Part shown: piece by piece, positions 1 to 15,600 of the stretch
Layout: each line of letters opens with the position of its first letter
Numbering within the stretch: the stretch's first letter is position 1
Assembly (NCBI GenBank): GCA_964016885.1
Contig: OZ024760.1
Location: forward strand, 6,200,001 to 6,264,000
Direction of reading: 5' to 3'
Length of the DNA stretch: 64,000 nt
Source of the DNA: Eledone cirrhosa
Taxonomy: Eukaryota
The notes under the pieces: generated by a model
Database searches by the model: none
Told to the model about the DNA's origin: nothing
What the model saw: only the letters and a program-made list of their open reading frames with translations
Translations under genes and position numbers: made by a program

Positions 1-195
1 TATGTATATTGTGTGTGTGTGTTTATACATTTATTTATGTATGTATACACACACAATATACATACATATATATACACAACTGCATCAATGTTGTTGGCCT
101 GGAGCATGCTGAATAAATATATATTGAAAATGTGACTTTCATATGTCTACAGTCTTAAGATGCAATTTATATTCAATTGAAGACACAATTGTATT

Positions 196-320
196 TCTCT
201 TCTTCTTCTTTGCCTTCTTCTTCTTTACATTCTTCTTCTTCTTCTTCTTCTTCTTCTTCTTCTTCTTCTTCTTCTTCTTCTTCTTTTTATTTTTCTTCTT
301 CTTCTTCTTCTTCTTCTTCT

Positions 321-354
<34 letters not shown>

Positions 355-684
355 ATTTTTCTTCTTATTATTATTTTTCTTCTTCTTCTTCTTCTTCTTC
401 TTCTTCTTCTTCTTCTTCTTCTTCTTTATTCATTTTCTTTATTCATTTTCTTCTTTTTATTTTTATTTATTTATTCTTTTTCTTTTTCTTTTTCTTTTTC
501 TTTTTCTTTTTCTTTTTCTTTTTCTTCTTTTTCTTCTTTTTCTTCTCCTTCTCCTTCTCCATCTTCTTTTTCTTGTTCTTGTTCTTCTTCTCCTTCATCT
601 TCTTTTTCTTCTTCTTCTTCTTCTTCTTCTTCTTCTTCTTTTTCTTCTCCTTCTCTGTCTTCTTTTTCTTCTTCTTCTTCTTTC
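196..684. repeat. (TTC)n / TC-rich microsatellite
   Basis: Direct reading; explains the poly-F/poly-S ORFs. Confidence 0.95.
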
Positions 685-840
685 ATCTTTATGCTATATT
701 GTTTTTATTGCTATTGTTGTTGTTAAGTTGTTGTATTCTTCATCATTTGTTCTCAATTATTAATGCCTGACTTCACAATAGCTATTAACTGGGTTTTTTC
801 TGTTGTCACTCTGTATATTAGAATGGGAAATTACTGCATT

Positions 841-909
<69 letters not shown>

Positions 910-983
910 CGTGTGTGTGTATATATATATATGTATATGTATGTGTACATATGTATATATATATATGTATGTATATATGTATG

Positions 984-1037
<54 letters not shown>

Positions 1038-1135
1038 TGTATATATATAAATATATATATATGTGTATATATATAAATATATATATATGTCTATATATAT
1101 GTATCTATATATGTATGTATATATATATATATATA

Positions 1136-1499
1136 TCATCATCATCATCAGGTTTAGCGTCCGTGTTCCACGCTTGCATGGGTTTGGACGGGGGTTTTCC
1201 CACTTGAGGCAAGAGTGGTTGTCTTGCTCGCATAGGACTGTCTGGCGGGTTTTCTACAGTTGGATGCCCTTCCTAACACCAACCACATTTACAGTGTGGG
1301 GCTGGGAGGTTTTTACCGTGTTGCCTACACGGCCACATTACAGCGTGGACTGTCTGGCGGGTTTTCTACAGCTGGATGCCCTTCCTAACACCAACCACAT
1401 TTACAGTGTGGGGCTGGGAGGTTTTTACCGTGTTGCCTACACGGCCACATTTACAGCGTGGACTGTGTGTTTTTTTGTCGTGACACCTACACGATCTCA
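1136..1499 (-). mobile_element. 3' part of SINE/LINE with RTE-like tail ending in (ATG)n
   Basis: Reverse complement contains GGTTGGTGTTAGGAAGGGCATCCA...CCCATGCAAGCGTGGAACACGGACG followed by (TGA)n; internal ~120-bp tandem duplication; near-identical copy at 31278-31650. Confidence 0.8.
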
Positions 1500-1667
1500 T
1501 ATAAGTATATATATGTATGTATATATATATATAAGTATATATATGTCTATATATATATGTATCTATATATATAAGTATATATATGTCTATATATATATGT
1601 ATCTATATATATATGTATATACATATGTATCTATATATATATGTATATACATGTATGTATATACTTG

Positions 1668-1707
<40 letters not shown>

Positions 1708-1710
<3 letters not shown>

Positions 1711-2246
1711 TTGGCAATTAAACTGGCAACCCCACTAAGGTTTCTTGTTGAGGAGGGTGACTTTGGACATCCTGCAGGACTAAAAACAAAACCTGTCAAA
1801 GGGCAAAGGACCTCTTAAGAGTCAATGGCCATCCAAAATCACCGGGAGAGATGGCCCCTTAGTCTTTGTCAAGGCAGAATTCTAGGAGAAGGAAAACTCT
1901 GATATAACACCTGCAACCCTGACGGTATCCAATGATGTTGACTTGATCTTCTTTTTGGTAAATATCATCTTGGTTAAGAGAGTGGGACTGGCTTTGTGCA
2001 GTGCCTTTGCTCACTATAAAAGCTTCACGGCACAAGCATTGCTTTATATCTGGAGATCTCTCTGCACTTGCCGTCACATGGTACCATGGGCCCAGCACTG
2101 TGTGTCAATAATTGTCACAAGTGTAGTGTTTGTACCAGAGTTTTCAAGTCGTTGGCTGGACTAAAAAGTCACGTTCAGCGCATTGGTAGGGGTTCTCCTA
2201 CATGGATATAAAGTAGTGGCCGTACTCGAAAACGAGTTGGCAGCCA

Positions 2247-2249
<3 letters not shown>
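1708..2249. mobile_element. Unclassified dispersed repeat between (TA)n tracts
   Basis: Diverged homology to 3186-3716 (AAAC.GGCAACCCCAC...TTTGGACA..C.TGCAGG...AAAACAAAACCTG.CAAAGGGC; shared terminal ACTCG..AACGAG...GCAGCCA before TA). Confidence 0.6.
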
Positions 2250-2293
<44 letters not shown>

Positions 2294-2381
2294 CGTATGT
2301 ATATATATATGTATATATATATATGCGTGTATATATATATATACGTGTGTATATATATATATATGTATATATATATACGTG

Positions 2382-2430
<49 letters not shown>

Positions 2431-2469
2431 GTATGTATATATATATATATACGTGTATATATATGTATG

Positions 2470-2508
<39 letters not shown>

Positions 2509-2514
2509 CATATA

Positions 2515-2553
<39 letters not shown>

Positions 2554-2629
2554 CATATATATTTACATACATATATATATATATATATATATAATACATA
2601 TATATTTACATACATATATATATACATAC

Positions 2630-2678
<49 letters not shown>

Positions 2679-2963
2679 CATACATATATATATACACACA
2701 AAAACAAGATGGCGTAGGACAGAACAAAGGAGAGGCACAAAAAACAAAGAAAAGAATCACCAGTCACTGAAGAGGTCACAGAATGTGTGACGAAAGAACT
2801 TTGACAATATATAAACAACCATCTGCTTGTGGAACCAACCAACCAACCGGAAATTTATAAATTCCTAAATTTATAAATTTATTATAATAAATTGAAGTGA
2901 AAGCAACTGGTGCGTGTGTTTCTTATTGGCAACATGACCCTCCCAAAGTATAACAATATATAT

Positions 2964-3135
2964 ATCATCATCATCATCATCATCATCAACGTTTAACGTC
3001 CGTGTTCCACGCTTGCATGGGTTTGGACGGGGGTAGTCCCACTTGAGGCAAGAGTGATTGTCTTGCTCGCATAGGACTGTCTGGCAGGTTTTCTACAGTT
3101 GGATGCCCTTCCTAACACCAACCACATTTACAGTG
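2964..3135 (-). mobile_element. RTE-like SINE/LINE tail fragment
   Basis: Same tail as 1136-1499 with (CAT)n end. Confidence 0.75.
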
Positions 3136-3170
<35 letters not shown>

Positions 3171-3185
3171 ATATATGTATATATA

Positions 3186-3716
3186 TTATGTTGGGTCACT
3201 CTTGAGTGCTACTGGTAACATTTAACCCAGTACAACCTGTCGTATGGCCGGGTCGTTGACGACTAAACCGGCAACCCCACCAAGTTTAGTTGGTGAGGAG
3301 AGTGATTTTGGACACCTTGCAGGGCAAAAAACAAAACCTGACAAAGGGCGGAAGAACTCATAAGAGCCAACGGCCATTCGAAAGTGTGTAAATATGTATA
3401 TACACACGTACCGCGCGGTTAAACCAGTGGGAGTGAAGGACCCCTAGCTTTTGTCAGGGCATTCTTCTCGGGATAGCAACTCAGGAAACTGGCATAACTC
3501 CGATATAAAACCTGCGGCTCAGTAGTTACTAATGATGTTGATCTTTTCTTCTTTTGGTGATATAGCTAATGTCGCTCAGAGAGTGGGATTGGCTCAGTGC
3601 ACAGTCTTTCCTCACTTTAAAAAGCACAGGCATTGCACGATAGAATTAATTAATAATTATTAAAAATGGTATATCATGCAATGGCCATACTCGATAACGA
3701 GGGTGCAGCCATCACA
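3186..3716. mobile_element. Second copy of unclassified dispersed repeat
   Basis: Homologous to 1708-2249; flanked by (TA)n on both sides. Confidence 0.6.
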
Positions 3717-3740
3717 TATATATATATATATATATGTATG

Positions 3741-3772
<32 letters not shown>

Positions 3773-3774
3773 TG

Positions 3775-3811
<37 letters not shown>

Positions 3812-4012
3812 GTATGTATATATATATGTATATGTGTATATATATATAAATATGTATATATGTATGTGTATATATGTATGTGTGTGTATATATATATATA
3901 TATATGTATGTGTATATATGTATGTGTGTGTATATATATATATATGTGTATATATGTATGTGTGTGTATATATATATATGTATATATGTATGTGTATATA
4001 TGTATGTGTGTG

Positions 4013-4043
<31 letters not shown>

Positions 4044-4060
4044 GTATATATGTATGTGTG

Positions 4061-4091
<31 letters not shown>

Positions 4092-4248
4092 GTATACATG
4101 TATGTATGTATGTGTATATATAAATATATGTATATGTATGTGTATATATATATGTATATATGTGTGTGTATATATAAAAATATGTATCTGTATGTGTATA
4201 TATATATATATGTATACATGTGTGTGTGTGTATATATAAATGTATATA

Positions 4249-4297
<49 letters not shown>

Positions 4298-4378
4298 GGA
4301 TAGTTATACATACATGCCTATATGTCCATCTATCAAAATGGAAATTTAGTGTGTACATTAACAGACACATACACACAC

Positions 4379-4415
<37 letters not shown>

Positions 4416-4459
4416 CACTACACTGCATTAATCATTAGATACACACACACACACACGCA

Positions 4460-4509
<50 letters not shown>

Positions 4510-4521
4510 CATATATATATA

Positions 4522-4585
<64 letters not shown>

Positions 4586-4719
4586 AACACATATACATAT
4601 GTGTTTGTGTGTGATGATTAATGCAGTGTAGTGTTTCTGTTATTTTCCCTGTCTTTGAATAAACATGACATTGCACCCACCCCCACACCACCCCTACACC
4701 ACACTACACTACACAACAA

Positions 4720-6960
4720 CACTGACTGTTTGACCTGACAATTAGTCACCAGAATCTCCCTATCCTCCACCCTCTCTCAACATCACTACATCTCACTATT
4801 TATCTTCTATGACCAGAATACAGTGTAAACCCCCCCCCACAATCGTGGACATTTATAGACATTTTTATGCACCAAGTCCAATATTCGCGGTTTTTTCACT
4901 CTTTATGGATGCTTTAGGAATGTAACTGTATCAGTGACTGTCTGTCCTGATAATTAGTCACCCGAACCTCCCTATCCCCCCCCCCCCTCTCTCTCAACAT
5001 CACTACACCTCACTATCTATCTATCACTCTATCTTGTAAGTAATTAAGTGAGGTCATTCTAGAGACATCTACTCTGACCATAATTAGAAAATTCATAAAT
5101 TCATTATTTTTTTCAGAGCGTTTCTCTCTTTCACCCTCCACCCCACTCTCATACAATCCCACCCCATTCTCCCTCACCCTCCACCTCACTCTCAATCAGC
5201 CCCCTCACCCTCCACCTCACTCTCAATCAGCCCCCTCACCTTCACCCCACCTCACCCCCTCCTTCGTCACACCCCTCTCTCTTTCACCCTCCAGCTCACT
5301 CTCGTTCAATCCCACCCCATTCTCCCTCACCCTCCACCTCACTCTCAATCCCCCCTCACCCCACCTCACTCTCCTTCGCCACACCCCTCTCTCTTTCACC
5401 CTCCACCTCACTCTCATTCAATCCCACCCCATTCTCCCTCACCCTCCACCTCACTCTCAATCCCCCCCCCTCCTTCGCCACACCCCTCTCTCATTCACAC
5501 CCCACCTCACTCTCATTCAATCCCACCCCATTCTCCCTCAGCCTCCACCTCACTCTCAATCACCCCCCCCCCCCCCCTCACCCCACCTCACTCATTCAAT
5601 CCCACCCCATTCTCCCTCACCCTCCACCTCACTCTCAATCAGCCGCCTCCCCTCCACCCCACCCCACCCCCTCCTTCACCACACCCCTCTTTCATTCACA
5701 CCCCACCTCACTCTCATTCAATCCCACCCCATTCTCCCTCAGCCTCCACCTCACTCTCAATCACCCCCCTCACCCCACCCCACTCTCATTCAATCCCACC
5801 CCATTCTCCCTCACCCTCCACCTCACTCCCAATCAGCCCCCCCCCCCCCTTCACCACACCCCTCTCTCATTCACACCCCACCTCACTGGTTCCGACAATC
5901 ATGGTTTTGTTTATTCATGCAATTTTCCTTAGAACCTAATTAATAATTGTTCATGGAAACCATTGTATATTCACAGAATCGTAAATACCTCCTGCGAATT
6001 CTTTTAATGGCTCTTTTCGTGGCAATATATATTTTTTTAACACTGAATTATTAACAATATACCTTATCTGATGACCTATTGGACACTCCTTCGCATAAGA
6101 CGTTCTCTCTTCTTTTAAAAAATCATATTTTGTGTTATATTTTGACATTTATAGACATTTTTGTGGACCAAGTCCAATATTCGCGGTTTTTTCACTCTTC
6201 ATGGATGCTTTAGGAATGTAGCCCTCGTGTATACCGGGAACAACTGTATATGTGACTGTCTGTCCTGATAATTAGTCACCCGAACCTCCCTATCCCCCAC
6301 CCCCCTCTCTCAACATCACTACACCTCACCATCTATCTAGCAATCTATCTTCTAAGTAATTAAGTGAGGTCATTCTAGAGACATCTACTCTGACCATAAT
6401 TAGAAAATTCATAAATTCATTATTATTTTTTTTTTTTCCCTTTTTACCATTTATCTGGAACATTTCAGAGTGTTTCTCTCTTTCACTCTCCACCCCATTC
6501 TCCCTCCCCCTCCCTCCTTCACCCCACCTCACCCTCCTTCGCCACACCCCTCTCTCATTCACCCTCCACCTCACTCTCATTCAATCCCACCCCATTCTCC
6601 CTCACCCCCACCTCACACTCCTTCGCCACACCCCTCTCTCATTCACATCCCCACCTCACTCTCATTCAATCCCACCCCATTCTCCCTCACCCTCCACCTC
6701 ACTCTCAATCAGCCCCCTACCCCACCCCCCTTTCACCCCCACACACCCTCCTTCGCCACACCCTTCTCTCATTCACCCTCCACCTCACTCTCATTCAATC
6801 CCTCTCTCATTCACCCTCCACCTCACTCATTCAATCCCACCCCATCCTCCCTCACCCTCCCCCTCACTCTCAATCAGCCCCCTCCCCCACCCTCCTTTCA
6901 CCCCCACCTCACCCTCCTTCGCCACACCCCTCTCTCACTCACACCCCACCTCACCCACCC
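4720..6960. repeat. C-rich tandem repeat within a local duplication
   Basis: Units like CACCCTCCACCTCACTCTCATTCAATCCCACCCCATTCTCCCT; block ~4850-5130 repeated at ~6146-6490. Confidence 0.8.
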
Positions 6961-7658
6961 TTTACTTTTTGTCATCTCTCAGTTCCATGTTCCATGCTCT
7001 GAGCAGCGATTTCTACGGATGTGTCTGCGCGCGTGTTTGTGTGTGTGCATGTGTGTTTGTGTACGTGTGTGTGTATGTGTGTGTATACGTGTTTGTGTAC
7101 GTGTGTGTGTGCATGTGTGTGTATACGTGTTTGTGTACGTGTGTGTGTGTGTGCATGTGTGTGTATACGTGTTTGTGTACGTGTGTATATGTGTGTGTAC
7201 GTGTTTGTGTACGTGTGTGTATACGTGTGTGTGTGTATGTGTACGTGTGTTTGTGTGTGTGTATGTGTATGTACATGTGTGTATGTGTACGTGTGTGGAT
7301 GTGTGTGTATACGTGTTTGTGTACGTGTGTGTGTGCATGTGTGTGTATACGTGTTTGTGTACGTGTGTCTGTGTGTGTGCATGTGTGTGTATACGTGTTT
7401 GTGTACGTGTGTGTGTATGTGTGTGTGTACGTGTGTGTATACGTGTTTGTGTATGTGTGTGTATACGTGTGTGTGTGTGTATGTGTGTACGTGTGTTTGT
7501 GTGTGTGTGGATGTGTGTGTATGTGTATGTACATGTGTGGATGTGTGTGTGTACGTGTGTGTGTGTTTCCTTAGTTTAACGCCATTGCTTACTGATCCGG
7601 AAAACATTGGAACAAGAGAGGTTAAAATCATGGACATTCTTGTAATTACATGTTCTCT

Positions 7659-7858
7659 NNNNNNNNNNNNNNNNNNNNNNNNNNNNNNNNNNNNNNNNNN
7701 NNNNNNNNNNNNNNNNNNNNNNNNNNNNNNNNNNNNNNNNNNNNNNNNNNNNNNNNNNNNNNNNNNNNNNNNNNNNNNNNNNNNNNNNNNNNNNNNNNNN
7801 NNNNNNNNNNNNNNNNNNNNNNNNNNNNNNNNNNNNNNNNNNNNNNNNNNNNNNNNNN
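7659..7858. other. Assembly gap (200 N)
   Basis: Run of N. Confidence 0.99.
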
Positions 7859-8194
7859 CACACATACATACATGCGTGTGTGTGTGTGTGTATATAAACA
7901 TACTCGACTAGTTCATATATAATGGTTTTAAAAAGATAATTCAAAGGAATTGTTTTTCTTTTATTGATTAACTTCTCTATTGACTAGATAACCCCCTCAC
8001 CCCCCTCATCTTATGTAATACCTTAATTCTTTGTTCAATGGTTTTAAATGTTAAAAAATATCATGAAATGTGTATAAAAAAGACCTCCATTTTCTTGAAC
8101 TGGTTGGTTCAAAAGTTCCAGTTTTGTTTAAAATGAGAAAATATCTGTGGGTCACATCATGCAGAGGTTTGGATATTGTCAGCTCTACCAACGC

Positions 8195-10940
8195 TGACAA
8201 CAGCAACACCAACAACAACAATTTCGCTAACACCAACAATTTCACAAACACAAACAACACCAACAACAACAATTTCACAACACCAACAATTTCACAACAG
8301 CAACAACACCAACTCAACAGCAACACCAACAATTTTGCTAACACCAACAATTTCACAACACCACCAACACAACAGCAACACCACCAACAACAATTTCACA
8401 ACACAAACAACACCAACTCAACAGCAACACCAACAACAACAATTTCACAAAACAAACAACACCAACTCAACAGCAACACCACCAACAACAATTTCACAAC
8501 ACCAACAATTTCACAACACAGACCAACACCAACTCGACAGCAAACACCAACAATTTCACAAAACACCAACAACACCAACTCAACAGCAACACCAACAACA
8601 ACAATTTCACAACACCAACAATTTCACAACACAGACAACACCAACTCGACAGCAACACCAACAAACAACAATTTCACAACACAAACAATTTCACAACACA
8701 AACAACACCAACTCAACAGCAACACCACCAACAACAATTTCACAACACCAACAATTTTACAACACAGACAACACAGACAACACCAACAACAACAATTTCA
8801 CAACACCAACAACACCAACTCAACAGCAACACCAACTCAACAGCAACACCACCAACAACAATTTCACAACACAAACAACACCAACTCAACAGCAACACCC
8901 ACCAACAACAACAATTTCACAACACAGACAACACCAACTCGACAGCAACCACCAACAACAACAATTTCACAACGGCAACAATTTAACAACACCAACTCAA
9001 CAGCAACACCAGCAACAACAATTTCACAACGGCAACAATTTAACAACACCAACTCAACAGCAACACCAACAATAACAATTTCACAACACCAACAATTTCA
9101 CAACACAAACAACACCAACTCAACAGCAACACCAACAACAACAATTTCACAACACAAACAACACCAACTCAACAGCAACACCAACAACAACAATTTCACA
9201 ACACCAACAATTTCACAACAGCAACAACACCAACTCAACAGCAACACCAACAACAACAATTTCACAACACCAACAACACCAACTCAACAGCAACACCAAC
9301 AACAACAATTTCACAACACCAACAATTTAACAACACAAACAACACCAACTCAACAGCAACACCACCAACAACAATTTCACAACACCAACAATTTCACAAC
9401 ACAACAACACCAACTCAACAGCAACACCAACAATAACAATTTCACAACACCAACAATTTCACAACACAAACAACACCAACTCAACAGCAACACCAACAAC
9501 AACAATTTCACAACACAAACAACACCAAACCTCAACAGCAACAACCAACAACAACAATTTCACAACACCAACAATTTCACAACAGCAACAACACCAACTC
9601 AACAGCAACACCAACAACAACAATTTCACAACACCAACAACACCAACTCAACAGCAACACCAACAACAACAATTTCACAACACCAACAATTTAACAACAC
9701 AAACAACACCAACTCAACAGCAACACCACCAACAACAATTTCACAACACCAACAATTTCACAACACCAACAACACCAACTCAACAGCAACACCAACAACA
9801 ACAATTTCACAACACAAACAACACCACTCAACAGCAACACCACCAACAACATTTCACAACACCAACAATTTCACAACACAAACAACAACACAACTCAACA
9901 GCAACACCAACAACAACAATTTCACAACACCAACAATTTCACAACACAAACAACACCAACTCAACAGCAACACCAACAACAACAATTTCACAACACAAAC
10001 AACACCAACTCAACAGCAACACCCACCAACAACAATTTCACAACACCAACAATTTCACAACACCAACAACACCAACTCAACAGCAACACCAACAACAACA
10101 ATTCACAACACAAACAACACCAACTCAACAGCAACACCACCAACAACAATTTCACAACACCAACAATTTCACAACACAAACTCAACAGCAACACCACCAA
10201 ACAACAATTTCACAACACCAACAATTTCACAACACAAACAACACCAACTCAACAGCAACACCAACAACAACAATTTCACAACACCAACAATTTCACAACA
10301 CAAACAACACCAACTCAACAGCAACACCAACAACAACAATTTCACAACACAAACAACACCAACTCAACAACAATTTAACAACACAAACAACACCAACTCA
10401 ACAGCAACACCACCAACAACAATTTCACAACACCAACAATTTCACAACACCAACAACACCAACTCAACAGAAACAACCAACAACAACAATTTCACAACAC
10501 AAACAACACCAACTCAACAGCAACACCACCAACAACAATTTCACAACACCAACAATTTCACAACACAAACAACACCAACTCAACAGCAACACCACCAACA
10601 ACAATTTCACAACACCAACAATTTCACAACACAAACAACACCAACTCAACAGCAACACCAACAACAACAATTTCACAACACCAACAATTTTACAACACAA
10701 ACAACACCAACTCAACAGCAACACCAACAACAACAATTTCACAACACCAAACAACACCAACTCAACAGCAACACCACCAACAACAATTTCACAACACCAA
10801 CAATTTCACAACATAAACAACACCAACTCAACACCAACAATAACAATTTCATAACAGCAACAACACTAACAACATCAACACCTTCACTTACGCCACCACC
10901 ACCCGCCACCACCACAAGAACAACAACAACAACAACAATT
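8195..10940. repeat. CAA-rich compound satellite
   Basis: Shuffled motifs CAACAATTTCACAACAC / CAACTCAACAGCAACAC. Confidence 0.9.
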
Positions 10941-11541
10941 TAAACTATCACCAACACCACTACAACAACACTAGCATTGCCAACCCCAACAACAACATCA
11001 TCAGCAACAACAGCATCATCATCACCACTACCACCACCACCACCACCACCACCACCACCACCACCATCACCATCATCAACAGCATCACTACCACCACCAC
11101 CACACACCAACGCCATCATCAGCATCACCATCACTAGCAATAGTGGAGTAGTTCTTAGTTAATAAATGGCTGAGTATGAGAAATGTCAGTTAGAATTCTT
11201 TTCCTCTTTAAATGAAGACCGTTGTGAATTGAACATTTCTTCATTCTTGGAGGGTTTTTCTCTGCACAAATATCTTTTTATTCTATCTTTTTAACCCTTT
11301 AGCATTTACAATACTCTATATTTACTATTATATTTTCATGGTAAAGGCTTTACTTCACATAATTATCTCACATAATATCAAATCTACTCTAAGATATTCA
11401 GTGTAAAGGGTGGTGTGGACTATTAAGATATTTTCTATTAAAATACAGGTAGGTATAGGATTGGCATAGTTGTAGGTACAACATAAGTGCAGGCATGGCT
11501 GTGTGGTTAACGAGTTTGCTTTGTACCCACCTATCTTCAGT

Positions 11542-11762
11542 TTAACCCTTTAGCATTTACATAACTCTATATATACTATTGTATTTTTGTGGTAGAGGGC
11601 TTTATCTCATATAATTATCTCACATAATATCGTATCTATGAGATTTTGATATTTATTTTGAGAATAATGCATTAACATCAGTATGAGGGGCCAGTTATGA
11701 CTGGTTTGAACAGAAAGGTGAGAGATTTCTGGCCGGATACAGGTGGGGTTAAATGCTAAAGG
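11542..11762 (+). mobile_element. piggyBac-like MITE
   Basis: Begins TTAA-CCCTTTAGCATTTA, ends TAAATGCTAAAGG; partial copy at 11292-11410, internal fragment on minus strand ~28745-28890, full copy at 46317-46552. Confidence 0.65.
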
Positions 11763-11867
11763 TGTTTTTAATGATGTTTTTAACCCTTTCATTACTACAC
11801 TTCTAATGAAATACAATGCCTATGAGGATAGAACGGATATGTTTGGTCAATTGAGTTTGATTCATGC

Positions 11868-11973
11868 TCATCATCATCATCATCATCACCATCATTACCA
11901 TCATTACCATCATCATCATCATCATCACCATCATCACCACCATTACCATCATCAGCATCATCACCATCATTAC

Positions 11974-12011
<38 letters not shown>

Positions 12012-12246
12012 CCATCATCACCACCATTACCATCATCAGCATCATCACCATCATTACCATCATCATCATCATCATCATCATCATCACCATCATTACCATC
12101 ATTACCATCATCATCATCATCATCACCATCATCACCACCATTACCATCATCAGCATCATCACCATCATTACCATCATCATCATCATCATCATCATCATCA
12201 CCATCATCACCACCATTACCATCATCAGCATCATCACCATCATTAC

Positions 12247-12281
<35 letters not shown>

Positions 12282-12356
12282 CCATCATTACCATCATTAC
12301 CATCATCATCATCATCACCATCATTACCACCATCACCATCATCATCATCATCATCA
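11868..12356. repeat. (CAT/CAC)n microsatellite
   Basis: Direct reading. Confidence 0.95.
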
Positions 12357-12686
12357 AGGTGTGTTTCTTGCATGGATCACCATGACTCATTCTCTCCAGT
12401 CTAGGTCTTCTTGGATGCTCTCAGAATGCTCACAAATTTGCTTTATATAGGTTCCATGTGATCTTGATCATCAAACGTATGTATGCGTACATGTATATAT
12501 ATGTATGTGTGTATGTGTATATATGTGTGTATGAGTGTGTATCTGCATGTGTAATGAATGTATGTGTGTAATGTTTGTATGTTCTTCTGGTTTTATAATT
12601 TTATAAATTTTTACCAATAATGAGAGAGTGAGTCTCTATGTATGTATTTATGTATGCATTTATTCATGTATGTGAACACCTATAAG

Positions 12687-15600
12687 TGAACACCTTAACC
12701 ACGCAGCCATACCTACACCTATGTTGTGAAGAGAACACCTTAACAACACAGCCATACCTACACCTATGTTGTGAAGAGAACACCTTAACAATACAGCCAT
12801 ACCTACACCTATGTTGTGAAGAGAACACCTTAACAACACAGCCTTACTTACCTACACCTATGTTGTGAAGAGAACACCTTAACAACACAGCCATACCTAC
12901 ACCTATGTTGCGAAGAGAACACCTTAACAACACAGCCTTACCTACACCTATGTTGCGAAGAGAACACCTTAACCACGCAGCCATACCTACACCTATGTTG
13001 TGAAGAGAACACCTTAACAACACAGCCATACCTACACCTATGTTGTGAAGAGAACACCTTAACCACGCAGCCATACCTACACCTATGTTGTGAAGAGAAC
13101 ACCTTAACCACGCAGCCATACCTACACCTATGTTGTGAAGAGAACACCATAACAACACAGCCATACCTACACCTTTGTTGTGAACACCTTAACAACACAG
13201 CCTTACCTACACCTATGTTGTGAAGAGAACACCTTAACAACACAGCCATACCTACACCTTTGTTGTGAACACCTTAACAACACAGCCTTACCTACACCTA
13301 TGTTGTGAAGAGAACACCTTAACACCACAGCCTTACCTACACCTATGTTGTGAAGAGAACACCTTAACAACACAGCCATACCTACACCTATGTTGTGAAG
13401 AGAACACCTTAACAACACAGCCTTACCTACACCTATGTTGCGAAGAGAACACCTTAACAACACAGCCTTACCTACACCTATGTTGTGAAGAGAACACCTT
13501 AACAACACAGCCATACCTACACCTTTGTTGTGAACACCTTAACAACACAGCCTTACCTACACCTATGTTGTGAAGAGAACACCTTAACAACACAGCCTTA
13601 CCTACACCTATGTTGTGAAGAGAACACCTTAACAACACAGCCTTACCTACACCTATGTTGTGAAGAGAACACCTTAACAACACAGCCTTACCTACACCTA
13701 TGTTGTGAAGAGAACACCTTAACAACACAGCCATACCTACACCTTTGTTGTGAACACCTTAACAACACAGCCATACCTACACCTATGTTGTGAAGTGAAC
13801 ACCTTAACCACGCAGCCATACCTACACCTATGTTGTGAAGAGAACACCTTAACAACACAGCCATACCTACACCTATGTTGTGAAGAGAACACCTTAACAA
13901 CACAGCCATACCTACACCTATGTTGTGAAGAGAACACCTTAACAACACAGCCTTACCTACACCTATGTTGTGAAGAGAACACCTTAACAACACAGCCTTA
14001 CCTACACCTATGTTGCGAAGAGAACACCTTAACCACGCAGCCATACCTACACCTATGTTGTGAAGAGAACACCTTAACAACACAGCCATACCTACACCTA
14101 TGTTGTGAAGAGAACACCTTAACAACACAGCCATACCTACACCTATGTTGTGAAGAGAACACCTTAACAACACAGCCATACCTACACCTATGTTGTGAAC
14201 ACCTTAATTACACAGCCATACCTACACCTATGTTGTGAAGTGAACACCTTAACAACACAGCCATACCTACACCTATGTTGTGAAAAGAACACCTTAACCA
14301 CGCAGCCATACCTACACCTATGTTGTGAAGAGAACACCTTAACAACACAGCCATACCTACACCTAATGTTGTGAAGAGAACATCTTAACCACGCAGCCAT
14401 ACCTACACCTATGTTGTGAAGAGAACACCATAACAACACAGCCATACCTACACCTTTGTTGTGAACACCTTAACAACACAGCCTTACCTACACCTATGTT
14501 GTGAAGAGAACACCTTAACAACACAGCCATACCTACACCTTTGTTGTGAACACCTTAACAACACAGCCTTACCTACACCTATGTTGTGAAGAGAACACCT
14601 TAACAACACAGCCTTACCTACACCTATGTTGTGAAGAGAACACCTTAACAACACAGCCTTACCTACACCTATGTTGCGAAGAGAACACCTTAACAACACA
14701 GCCTTACCTACACCTATGTTGTGAAGAGAACACCTTAACAACACAGCCATACCTACACCTTTGTTGTGAACACCTTAACAACACAGCCTTACTTACACCT
14801 ATGTTGTGAAGAGAACACCTTAACAACACAGCCTTACCTACACCTATGTTGTGAAGAGAACACCTTAACAACACAGCCTTACCTACACCTATGTTGTGAA
14901 GAGAACACCTTAACAACACAGCCATACCTACACCTTTGTTGTGAACACCTTAACAACACAGCCATACCTACACCTATGTTGTGAAGTGAACACCTTAACA
15001 ACACAGCCATACCTACACCTATGTTGTGAAGAGAACACCTTAATTACACAGCCATACCTACACCTTTGTTGTGAACACCTTAACAACACAGCCTTACCTA
15101 CACCTATGTTGTGAAGTGAACACCTTAACAACACAGCCATACCTACACCTATGTTGTGAAGAGAACACCTTAACAACACAGCCATACCTACACCTATGTT
15201 GTGAAGAGAACACCTTAACAACACAGCCATACCTACACCTTTGTTGTGAAGAGAACACCTTAACAACACAGCCATACCTACACCTTTGTTGTGAAGAGAA
15301 CACCTTAATTACACAGCCATACCTACACCTTTGTTGTGAAGAGAACACTTTAACAACACAGCCTTACCTACACCTTTGTTGTGAACACCTTAATTACACA
15401 GCCATACCTACACCTATGTTGTGAAGAGAACACTTTAACAACACAGCCTTACCTACACCTTTGTTGTGAACACCTTAACAACACAGCCATACCTACACCT
15501 ATGTTGTGAAGAGAACACCTTAACAACACAGCCATACCTACACCTTTGTTGTGAACACCTTAACAGCACAGCCTTACCTACACCTATGTTGTGAAGAGAA

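Noticed and set aside
5951-6148. 65-aa ORF and CTGATGA at ~6068
   Set aside because: No recognisable family; no GAAA or pairing stems for a hammerhead.
6972-7944. ORFs spanning X runs
   Set aside because: Artefacts of the N gap and GT microsatellite.
8070-10943. 957-aa N/T/Q-rich ORF
   Set aside because: CAA satellite with almost no stop-forming triplets; the peptide pattern shifts between frames of the same motifs.
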